From Saprospiraceae bacterium (lineage in GTDB: Bacteria; Bacteroidota; Bacteroidia; Chitinophagales; Saprospiraceae), in contig OZ244050.1 of the NCBI GenBank assembly GCA_965215115.1, positions 2,062,323 through 2,126,322 on the forward strand: a stretch of 64,000 nt of DNA. The letters are read 5' to 3'. Under the pieces are notes generated by a model. The model saw only the letters and a program-made list of their open reading frames with translations. It had not been told where the DNA came from and did not search any database. A program made the translations under genes and the position numbers. This document shows, in pieces, positions 22,548 through 31,233 of this stretch (its first letter is position 1; every line of letters starts with the position of its first letter).

Positions 22548-23924
22548 TCACATGCCCTCGGGTACGTCCGTTGGCCAGAGCGCCACTGGAGTAGCCCCAG
22601 CTCCGGCCCCCAAACTCACCTCCGACACCGCGCCAAATCCATTAAAACGATACCGCACCCCCAGCAGGCGTCCGAAGCCGTGGGATAGGTTTTGCCGAAA
22701 GGCCTCCTCTCCGTCGCGCATCACACGTACTTCCCTGTCGAGCAATTCCACGTCCACCCGGACCCACTGGTCCGGGCTTACGCCAAAACCCGCCAAATCC
22801 GTGTGCCGACCGTCAATCATCTGCTGGTCGACGTATAGGTCGATATCGCCGGTACAACCCGTGAGCACGAAGGGGAAAATCATGGTGCCGCGCTCTCCAT
22901 ACAGCACCATATTCGCTCCGCGGCAAGCGTCTCCGCGCTCGTGCCGAAACGAAGTAGAAAACCGAAAACCCGCCTCGGTGTCGATGCCGTCGAGCCCACC
23001 GATGAAGTGTAATTCGCCCGAGTGCTGCGGCGCTTTGGCGCTATTTGTATTGATATCTGGCGCGGTGATGCGCAGGGCACCGTCCTCGCCGATCAGCTGC
23101 GACATCGATCGGTATTCCGGGGCCTCCACGGCCGGCTGGTCGATAGTCCCGAGCCAACCCTCCGAGGGGACGACGAGTGACTTTTCGGCGCCCACCACTC
23201 CGTCGATCAGCAGCTTAGCCGTGTAAACCCCCGGGTAGTAGTACGTGCAGGCGTAGAACCCGCGCGCCGGATCGACCGCGTGGCGCAGGCGTGGGTCCCA
23301 CGACTGCTGAATGCTGAGCGTATCGAAGCTGCTGCCGTTGACGGCGTAGCGGAATTGCACCGTGTTGGGCAAGCCCCGCGCGATGGGCGCGAAATCAAAG
23401 CGCTCGACCTGCACCGGCGGACCTTTGTACGTCGGCGTATGCGTGGCGAGCGTACCAACCAAGATGGCCGCGAGCAGGACGCCGAGGAAGCCGACCGCGA
23501 GCGGCCGCCAATTGCGCGTGGCCGGGGCGGTGGCGTGGGTGGGCGGGGCGGCAGGTGCGGTAGGCACCGCCGCGGGCCGCGGCGGCGCGATGGGCACTTC
23601 AGGTTGCGGCAGCGGCTCCGGGGGCGGCGCCTGCATCCCGAGCCACGTCGCCTGCGCCTCCACCCAGCCCGCGAAACCCGCGAAGCGCGCCAGCGTGTCG
23701 AGCGTCGTCCTCGAGGGGGAGCTGCTGTAGGCAACGTGTCCCCAGACCCGCTTGAGGGTCGCCACCGAAAGTTGGACGCCGGTCTCGGCAAGGATTGACT
23801 CGGTAAGTTCCTCGAAATGCACCGTCTGCCAGTCGGCGGCCGCGCCCCAGTCGAGGCGGGCCTCGATGCGTTGTAGGCAAAGCTCGAGGGCATCGCGTGG
23901 GGGCGGGGGTTCGGCAGTCGACAC
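22548..23924 (-). CDS. Membrane-anchored hypothetical protein (cytoplasmic N-domain, Pro/Ala linker, TM, extracytoplasmic beta domain)
   Basis: 458 aa with one TM (LAVGFLGVLLAAILVGTLA) and a PKD-like stretch (YACTYYYPGVYTAKLLIDG). No firm family. Confidence 0.4.
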   Translation of the reverse strand: MSTAEPPPPRDALELCLQRIEARLDWGAAADWQTVHFEELTESILAETGVQLSVATLKRVWGHVAYSSSPSRTTLDTLARFAGFAGWVEAQATWLGMQAPPPEPLPQPEVPIAPPRPAAVPTAPAAPPTHATAPATRNWRPLAVGFLGVLLAAILVGTLATHTPTYKGPPVQVERFDFAPIARGLPNTVQFRYAVNGSSFDTLSIQQSWDPRLRHAVDPARGFYACTYYYPGVYTAKLLIDGVVGAEKSLVVPSEGWLGTIDQPAVEAPEYRSMSQLIGEDGALRITAPDINTNSAKAPQHSGELHFIGGLDGIDTEAGFRFSTSFRHERGDACRGANMVLYGERGTMIFPFVLTGCTGDIDLYVDQQMIDGRHTDLAGFGVSPDQWVRVDVELLDREVRVMRDGEEAFRQNLSHGFGRLLGVRYRFNGFGAVSEVSLGAGAGATPVALWPTDVPEGM

Positions 23925-24170
23925 CGGGGCAAAAGTAGCCGCCCGGGGGTCGGTAGCGAGTGTGCACCAACTTGTTGTGCGTTTGTGCGTTTGTGCGTGG
24001 TTTCAGCGGGGCGTGAGGTTTGCCTGTTGCGGCAGGCGATTCGTCGTCTGCGCGCAAGCATCGAGCGCCAAGCCGGCGGATTCACCTCTTAGGCTTTAGT
24101 GCAAACACTGACTACGTCACCCCCCCCGGCCAGCAGCAGCCCTGACTTAGCACCAGCGCCACCCTTGCCT

Positions 24171-24428
24171 TTCGGCGCCCGCCCGATGCGGCGCGTATTG
24201 CAGAACGAGCTCGTCGACAAGCTGTCGAAGGAGATCCTGCGCGGCACCTTCCAGGCCGGGGACACGATCTATGTCGATGTTGATCCGAAGGGGCTCACGT
24301 TCTCGAAGGAGCCTTATGATGGCGTGACGCGCTACCCGGAGTCGGTGGACGGGACGCACCCGCTGAAGGATGCGGACGTGTTGGATGTGGAAGTGGAGGA
24401 GGTGAAGGATTTGCATGATGTGGAGTAG
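24171..24428 (+). pseudogene. Orphan duplicate of the last 85 codons of clpB
   Basis: Collinear with 18218-18475. The first 132 nt show 16 differences by hand alignment. The last 125 nt (24303-24427 vs 18350-18474) are identical. Stop is TAG here, TAA in clpB. Confidence 0.85.
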
Positions 24429-24711
24429 GGGGGCGTTACGAAGCAGTGGGGTAGGGGCTCCGCTGCTGAGTAGCTCCACGAGGGTGCCCTCATTGGAAGC
24501 GCCACTCGCAGCGTGAGAAGGGGAAGGGCCTCTTCTCTAAGCAGTCGAGCGGCCCCCAGATGGCTCAGTCTGTTAACGTCGGCCCGATTTTCGCCTTTCA
24601 TGAACCTGGTGCGCGACTTCGGCGTACCTTTGCGGCAACAGAACCTACCGCGCCTCTCATCTGCACGGCGGAAAATTGGGTAGGTCAATCTTTTTTTCCC
24701 TTCATGGGGAG

Positions 24712-24743
24712 GCCCGCTAGCGACATCACTAGCGGGCTTTTTT
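24712..24743 (+). terminator. Intrinsic terminator-like hairpin plus T6
   Basis: GCCCGCTAG-cgacatca-CTAGCGGGC followed by TTTTTT (24738-24743). Lies ~290 nt downstream of the orphan clpB 3' end. Confidence 0.7.
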
Positions 24744-25109
24744 ATGCACTACTCCAAGCAAGCCATCTCCGTCGAGGCGCAGGTCGCCCACTTAATCGCT
24801 CGGGGGATGCGCGTGGCCGATCCTGCCCAGGCGGCTCAGCACTTGCGCTACGTGGGGTACTTCCGTCTGCGGGGCTACTTCTCCTCGCTCGTCGTCGATC
24901 CGTTAGACTGGAGCCTCGGTTTTCGCCCGGGCACCGACTTCGAACTTCTGCTCGCGCTTTACAATATGGACCGCGACTTGCGCTTGCTGTTCATGCACCT
25001 GCTCGAGCGGTTCGAGGTGGCCGTCCGGACCTTACTGGTTCAGCATTTCTGCCCCGAGCTTGGTGCTGCCTGGTATGAAGAAGAGGCGAACTTCAAGTTA
25101 CGACACTAA
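24744..25109 (+). pseudogene. Abi_2 (AbiD/AbiF-like) abortive-infection gene, N-terminal ~115 codons only
   Basis: MHYSKQAISVEAQVAHLIARGM...LRYVGYFRLRGY matches Abi_2 N-termini. Full-length members are roughly 300 aa. The frame ends where composition switches to AT-rich (~25090). Confidence 0.6.
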
Positions 25110-25158
25110 AGGAACAGTTACACAAGTTTGCAATTCTAAGCGGTGGTTTGTAATTTTC

Positions 25159-26073
25159 TTAGTCACTTTGAAATTTTTTAAGCCTTTCGGTAAGTATGTC
25201 GCCGTCTCCCTGAGTCCACAGAACCTCCAAAGTAGCACTCCCGCTTCTGGCGGCGCCCACCGACGCAACATACTTTTCCAGGTAATCAAACAATGTGCCT
25301 TCCTGCATATAAAATATACTTTCTTTATCGCCCATGAATATTTTCGGGATATACTTGTGCGGACGTTTGACCTTGTCGTAGCCTCGTACTGCACCATTCA
25401 AGTAAGAAACGACAACTGCCCCTCCGCCTGGTCTTTGAGACCAAGGGTGTGTGCGATGTTCGTCTCCGACCCAGAAGATTTTTTTGGTAAAATTGCGAAA
25501 TGTTCGTTCGTCATTCGATGAATTGAATACATCTTCACAGTTGCAATCGAATGGAGAACATATGGGCACCGCCAAATTTTCGTCTTCCATCTCTTTGCAG
25601 AATAATTTGGCTACTGTGAAGCATGGGATGGACGCGGCTAAAAGATCGGTTAAGAGGTAGTAAAATAGCTCCTTATAGATGAATGGCGCTGCGTCCTCGT
25701 AGAACGACGTAAGCAGAATCGCTTTTAAGTTTGATAAGTTAACTTGATGTAAGTCCGTGCTGTGAAAATCAATCCGATATTTTGCGTCAATGAGCTGTGC
25801 CTCTTGCCAGCCTTCAAGTTCTTTGATCCTAATGCGGCGTAGGTCGCTATTATATGCTGCTATTTCTTCCTCACCAATTTCCCCGTCATCGTTCATATAA
25901 TCTAGTATGTCCGACTGATAACGGTCCATTATAGCACTGTAGCAACCAAAATATTGCTCGCTCGATGTGCAAAGAAATTCGATCTCTTTATTGATATCTA
26001 GAGGCGTCCAAGGACTGTTGCTCGTATCTAGTTGCCAACGAGGTGTCATATACTCACATCCAACTTTAGACAT
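25159..26073 (-). CDS. Hypothetical protein in an AT-rich insert
   Basis: 304-aa ORF is the only long frame in the AT-rich block 25.09-26.35 kb. In-frame stop just upstream of the ATG. No recognisable domain. Confidence 0.5.
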   Translation of the reverse strand: MSKVGCEYMTPRWQLDTSNSPWTPLDINKEIEFLCTSSEQYFGCYSAIMDRYQSDILDYMNDDGEIGEEEIAAYNSDLRRIRIKELEGWQEAQLIDAKYRIDFHSTDLHQVNLSNLKAILLTSFYEDAAPFIYKELFYYLLTDLLAASIPCFTVAKLFCKEMEDENLAVPICSPFDCNCEDVFNSSNDERTFRNFTKKIFWVGDEHRTHPWSQRPGGGAVVVSYLNGAVRGYDKVKRPHKYIPKIFMGDKESIFYMQEGTLFDYLEKYVASVGAARSGSATLEVLWTQGDGDILTERLKKFQSD

Positions 26074-26353
26074 ACATATATCAGGATATAGGCGCCAAAC
26101 AATTTTTTTGTTAAATAATATTCCGACTCTAGACTGAACACACCTTATTCCATTCTCTTCGTATTCGTAATCAGAATGGATGGCATCGCCGCGAACTACA
26201 CGTTCATGACACTTCTGTCAATTCTTCAGATGTAAAATCGTGATGAATTGAATAAACCGTCCGAAAAACTATTAAGTTATCGCGAATGGTCTGCCAACTT
26301 ATTTCTGTCATCATTTTTTCCTTTAGTCTTGTGTGTCATCTTAAATTTTGAGT

Positions 26354-26668
26354 CTACGTTTGAATCGCCGTTGAAGTTACACTCTCGACAATCCCCGGCA
26401 GCCCCGCCCGCTCCAGCGCCCGATCAAACAGCTGTGTAAACGTCTTGCGAAAAGCCGGGTCGGTGGCCCAGAGGCGGTAGAAGTCCAGGCTCTCGTCGCG
26501 GGAGCCTTGCACGGCGTCTTGGAGCATGTTGTGCTTGAGGCGCTGTCGATTGATTGGGTCTTGCGTGGCCTGGTACTCCGCCACGAAGCGCGGATCGGCC
26601 TCGGCACGCTTGAATTCCAGGTGTCTCCCCCCCGGCTGTCGGAGTACATGGTCGATCGCTCGCTGCAT
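26354..26668 (-). CDS. Small GC-rich ORF, possibly a gene remnant
   Basis: 104 aa from the internal ATG of ORF 26354..26980. The upstream part of that ORF runs through a 12-bp tandem repeat (LRHLLRHLLRH) and is unlikely to be coding. Confidence 0.3.
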   Translation of the reverse strand: MQRAIDHVLRQPGGRHLEFKRAEADPRFVAEYQATQDPINRQRLKHNMLQDAVQGSRDESLDFYRLWATDPAFRKTFTQLFDRALERAGLPGIVESVTSTAIQT

Positions 26669-26724
26669 ATCAAGGCATTGCGCCCGGTGTCGGAGTAAAT
26701 GTCGGAGTAAATGTCGGAGTAACC
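26638..26724. repeat. 12-bp tandem repeat GTCGGAGTAAAT (3 copies at 26689-26724) plus a diverged copy at 26638
   Basis: Read directly: gtcggagtaaat gtcggagtaaat gtcggagtaacc. gtcggagtacat lies 40 nt upstream. Confidence 0.85.
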
Positions 26725-26903
26725 TGCCCCTCGGCGCACGGCAGCGCCCCCCTAAAGTGTTCGGGATCCATACGCGACCGGGGAGTGCAGGCGCCCGAAA
26801 GACCGTAGAGACTATCGAGTTCGCGGTCTTGAGTCGACTAGAGCGATAGATCCGCTTGGCCCCCTTACCCGCATGAACCAGCGGACGCCGCATGCATAGC
26901 CCC

Positions 26904-27965
26904 TCACCCCACCCCCTTCCCAAACATCCCATACCCCACCTCCGCATACGCCAACCGCTCCGTGAACCGCAGCGAAGCATTCCCCTCGCGCATCAAACAA
27001 AAAATAGCGTCGTCGTAGTAGTCGCGGAAGCTCATCATGCCATAGGCGCCGAGGTAATTCATCAACCCGCGCTGGCGGTAGTCCGGGTGCACACCCTGGG
27101 TCTTGGCGAGCATCGTGCGGTGACGAAGCATGGGGTAGTGCTCGGCGAAGACCGGGGGCGTCTGCAGGCGCAAGGGGGCGTAGTTGGGGTAGCACAGACT
27201 GATCGCTACCAGGCGCCCCGTCTCCCGCTCGGCCATGAGCACGGAGGTGTGCGGACATAAGGATGCAGCGTAGGTCGGGTTGTACAACAACTCGAATTCC
27301 TCGGCGGCGATCCCGCGGTAGCCCGGGTTTTGTCCGAAGATGTCGGCGACGAGGGCGAAGATCTCAGGCGCACGTGCTTGCCAACTTTCGCGATTGAGAG
27401 GAATAAATTCGTACGGTAAAGTTTTTAAGCCTTCCAGCAAAACACGTTTATCCGTATAAGCTTGCGGGATCACCTCCGCGCGGATAAGGCGACTCACGAA
27501 CCTTTGCTGTACCGCGTAACCCGCTTGCCTAAGCAGCGCGGGGTAGTAGCTGGGATTCACCGGCTCGCGCGTGAATTGCCCCCACGGCGCTCTGTCGAGT
27601 CGCAGGCGGTAATTGTGAAAGGTGTTGAAGTTTTTGAGCCCTTCCACCCGCGTGCAGCCGCGCGACCTCGCCCAGGTTTCGAAGGCTTTAAAGAGTGCGG
27701 TATTGAGGATGGAATCGTTTATGGTTTCCCAAAAACCAAACATCGCCGCTTCACTCCCATGCGGGTGGATCCCTAATAAACGCGCTTTACCTGGCGACCA
27801 AAACAACTCGACGGCAGCTTCGTCACGTTTTAGCGAAAGCAAAGCCTCGACGTGCTCGGGTGATTCGTCGTTGTGCAAGCCTTCAGCGGCGAACAGGTTT
27901 TGCCGTAAGGCGTAGAAACCTGCCGGAAGGGAGCCGTCTACGGAAGCTTGTTTAATCTCATTCAT
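26904..27965 (-). CDS. Hypothetical protein, possible GNAT-fold acyltransferase
   Basis: 353-aa ORF. Its start overlaps the upstream gene's stop by 4 nt (operon). The fold call is a weak impression only. Confidence 0.5.
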   Translation of the reverse strand: MNEIKQASVDGSLPAGFYALRQNLFAAEGLHNDESPEHVEALLSLKRDEAAVELFWSPGKARLLGIHPHGSEAAMFGFWETINDSILNTALFKAFETWARSRGCTRVEGLKNFNTFHNYRLRLDRAPWGQFTREPVNPSYYPALLRQAGYAVQQRFVSRLIRAEVIPQAYTDKRVLLEGLKTLPYEFIPLNRESWQARAPEIFALVADIFGQNPGYRGIAAEEFELLYNPTYAASLCPHTSVLMAERETGRLVAISLCYPNYAPLRLQTPPVFAEHYPMLRHRTMLAKTQGVHPDYRQRGLMNYLGAYGMMSFRDYYDDAIFCLMREGNASLRFTERLAYAEVGYGMFGKGVG

Positions 27966-30340
27966 AAGCGTTCGAGTTGACCGGTCTGCCCGTCGATGCG
28001 GACGCGGTCGCCGGTGACGAGGGCGCGGGTGATGCCTGGGACGTTGATGATGGCGGGAATGCCGAGCTCGCGCAACACGATCACCGAGTGCGAGAGGCTA
28101 GAGCCGCGCTCGATGATCACGCCTTTGCAGCCCGGGAAGAGCGGCGCCCAGCCGGGGTCGGTCCGCAGCGCGCAGAGGATCTTGCCCCGCAACGGCGCGT
28201 AATCCTCGGGGCCGGAGATGCAGACCACCTCGCCCTCGGCCTCGCCGGCGACCGCGGCCTGCCCCTGGAAGTGTCTGCCGTCCGCGCTGGCCAACGGCGG
28301 CTGGAGATTGCGGCCCGGGACGTAGACGCGACCCGGCGGCTCGTCGCCCTGCCAAGCGCTCGCTTGCTCGCGGCGGCGCACCAACTCTTCGGCGACTACG
28401 GACTCGCCCGTTTGCCAGTAGCGCTCCAACTCCGCGAGACGCCAGAGGAAGATGTCGGCGGGCGATATCAAAGTGCCGCGAGCGTGTAGCAGATTGCCCA
28501 TGCGTCGGAAGACGCTGCGGTACATGCCAAACAAGCGCGTGCGTTGCAGGCGCAACGCCTCGCGGCGGAAGATGCCTTCGCGTAGGGGCCGAAGCCACGC
28601 GGGCGTGGTGTTGGTGGCTTGCGTCGCGTGCGTGGGCGCGCTGTCTAGCATCGGGCGCAGGTAGCGCAACAGCACGTTTGGGTCGACGCGCATCGTGACG
28701 GTCTCCATCTTGAGTTCGCCCATGACACGGTCGCCGTAGCGCGCGATGTAGGCGCGTACCGATGTCGCAAAAGCCGGATACTTCGCGTCGAGTGTGTCGA
28801 ATAGCCTAGGCGAATCTTGCTGTAATAAGGCTACCAATCCAGCGTATCCTTTCGCCTCCTGCACCAGAGCTTGTAGTCCTAGCATCGGTTCGAGTGACGG
28901 CAACGCCTGGTCCTGGTGCAGATGATCGCGCAAGTAAACGTCTGGCTCGGCGACCTGTATTTTCGCAAGGCGCCGGTGGGCTCGGCCATTCTGCATCATG
29001 ACGTAGAAATCGTTGATGATCGGCACTTCCCAGTGCTCCAGTACGTCGGTGTTTAAGCGTTGATACCATTGCTGGCACTCGCTTTCTGTAAAGTTGTTTG
29101 GCTCGGCGGCATAGAAGTCGGTGAAGACCTTTTCGAAGTTGGCTTCAAAGCGCGCGGCATCTTTCGGTAGGCGGCGGAAAGCCAGTAGTAGGCGAACGAG
29201 ATTGACGCCGAGTGCGGGCAGGCCGGTGCTGATGTCCCAGAGCGATTTGCGTCGATCTTCTACGAAGGCTACCGGACTTTCCAAGCCCATCATGCGCTCG
29301 AGATCGGACTTGTTTTGCCGAAAGGCGGGTAAGAGCGCCAGACCGCGGTACCAATTGTTGATGTTGTAGTAGACGCGTCCGCGGTAATGATGTAGCAAGT
29401 TCTGTACGACCGCTTCTTGGGCGGCCACCTTCGCTTTCGAGAGGCCGAGGGCGCGCATGGTCTGCCGGTAGACGGTGGCGTAGGCGCGCTCGGCGAAGGT
29501 GAAACTAAGTTCGGAGGTAAGTCCGCAGTAGCTCTCCTGGATGTTGGCGTTATCGAGCACGATCTGTACGGAAGGTGGCGTGGTGATGGGCCGCATCTGT
29601 AGCCAGTATATCTCTCCTGTCGGCAACGCAGAACTCTAGGTCGAGTCGGATAGGTCAAACTTTGCTTCTAGCGCCGTAGCGGTATCGAATAATTCCTGCA
29701 AAAGATCCGCGGGCAGCGCCTGCTCGCCTTCGGGAACCTCCTGCCAGTACACCTCGCCGCTCGCCTTGTCGAAGGCAGCTTCGGCCGGGTCTCGTTGGCC
29801 CTGCACCAGCGCTTCGCCCGCGCCCCGCACGGTGTGGATGAGCAGTTCGTTGGGATAGACCGGATAAGTAGTGAAGAGCACGCCGCTGTGCTCGGCCGCG
29901 ATCCACTCTTGCACGATGACAGCGGGGAGCAGACGTGTATGCAGACCCATCTCGATGCGATACGCGCGCACACGGTCACTATTTGCACTGCGCACGACGG
30001 CCTCGATGGCGACGGGGATGTCCTCGGCCGCTACGCCGAGTTGCGTGTCGAGCATGCCGGGGTGGGCATAGTTGCGGCCGTCCTCGCCGAGGGCCGAGGA
30101 GCGCACGGCGTAGGCCCCCCTAGCCCCCGGAGGGGGTATTTGGGCTTTCGCCAAAACTTGCCACAGTTCCGCAAATGCTGGGTCGTCTCGCCAAGCTGGC
30201 CGAAGGCTATAATCTTCGAGCAAATAGGGTGCGAAAGCACTGGCCGGCAGCGAGACGAAGGGCGGGACGCGGCAACCCGATGCTTGGAGCAATCGTAGGC
30301 CTTCCGCCTTACCGCCGATATCCTGTGGATGCTTATTCAT
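27962..30340 (-). pseudogene. PEP-utilising enzyme (PPDK_N ATP-grasp plus swivel phosphohistidine domain) interrupted by one in-frame TAG
   Basis: ORFs 29636..30340 (GGKAEGLRLL, PPDK_N) and 27962..29626 (...TDPGWAPLF...ERGSSLSHSVIVLRELGIPAI) share a frame. They are separated only by TAG (29636-29638) plus 3 codons. Confidence 0.8.
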
Positions 30341-31200
30341 AACGAAGTGGCGACGATGAGGACGAGGTAACTGGCGAGCATGTAAGCCGACGTAGCCAAC
30401 TCCGCTTTGCGAAACTTACCTTCCGCCATCGACGCGAGACCCTGGCGGTAGGCGACGCTCACCCACACCGCGCAAGCGAGAGCCAGTACGTAAGTCCACC
30501 ACGGCAGGGCGAGTTGCCAAAACAACAGACCTTGCACGAGCGCGCTCGACCACAGCAGCACCAGGATAAAGCCAACGGCCCGCGGCACCCCGAGCAAACT
30601 TGAGTACGTATCAATTCCCGCGCGCTCGGCCATCGACGCGTGCGTCTTACGCGCCAGTTCAAACACGAAACCCGCCAGCAGACTCAACAGCATGAGCAAG
30701 CCCAGCACTGGCGTCGCATCCTCGCGCCACGCAAACCACAACCACGCGATGACCATCGGCATGATGAGCATGTGGCTGAAGGCATAGAGCACCAGACGCC
30801 GGCGCAGCCAATCGCCGACAAAGAATTCGTAGCGCATCAGCAAAGCGTACCCGAAGGCCAGCCCCCAGAACAGCAGCGTCTGCCAGCCGTGCACGTACGA
30901 CCACCACACCTCGCTGAGCGTAAGCACCGCCGAGAGTCCAATAAGAGATCCAAGCGTCACGCCGCCCGACTGCAACACACGCTCAGGGTGATTGAAGGCA
31001 TCAATGTCGTAATCCTTGATCTCGTCCATGACGCGCAGGCGGAAGAAGAAAGAGATCGTAGCCAGGACGCCCAGCCAGAAGATCGGTCCGAAGTCGCGGA
31101 CGACCTCCGTCGCGCTGTACACAGCGAGGTGAAGGATGGCGAACAGCGCCATGTTGACCGGCGGGAAGCGCTCTTGCAAGTAAGCGGGTAGTCGCGTCAT
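30337..31200 (-). CDS. UbiA-family prenyltransferase (integral membrane)
   Basis: Multi-TM protein with Asp-rich motif RVMDEIKDYDID. The start is set at internal ATG 31200 (MTRLPAYLQERFP), because ATG 31263 would overlap the divergent MMPL gene. Confidence 0.75.
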   Translation of the reverse strand: MTRLPAYLQERFPPVNMALFAILHLAVYSATEVVRDFGPIFWLGVLATISFFFRLRVMDEIKDYDIDAFNHPERVLQSGGVTLGSLIGLSAVLTLSEVWWSYVHGWQTLLFWGLAFGYALLMRYEFFVGDWLRRRLVLYAFSHMLIMPMVIAWLWFAWREDATPVLGLLMLLSLLAGFVFELARKTHASMAERAGIDTYSSLLGVPRAVGFILVLLWSSALVQGLLFWQLALPWWTYVLALACAVWVSVAYRQGLASMAEGKFRKAELATSAYMLASYLVLIVATSL

Positions 31201-31233
31201 GCTGGTCTCGGATTTGTTGCTGTACTTGCGCGG

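Noticed and set aside
18476-24170. Calling the clpB-bracketed segment a mobile element
   Set aside because: No integrase, transposase, conjugation or phage genes are present, and the segment's composition and motif content look native. Only the att-like duplication is reported.
24099-24428. 109-aa ORF as an independent small gene
   Set aside because: Only its last 85 codons are meaningful, and they duplicate the clpB C-terminus. The N-terminal 24 codons are Pro/Ser-rich read-in, so it is treated as a gene fragment.
24429-24711. Possible structured ncRNA (tmRNA, RNase P RNA, 6S or SRP RNA) in the 280 nt between the clpB fragment and the terminator
   Set aside because: None of the diagnostic conserved strings I know (for example GAGGAAAGUCC for RNase P, tRNA-like ends for tmRNA) are present. 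More simply explained as the ancestral clpB 3' UTR and terminator region.
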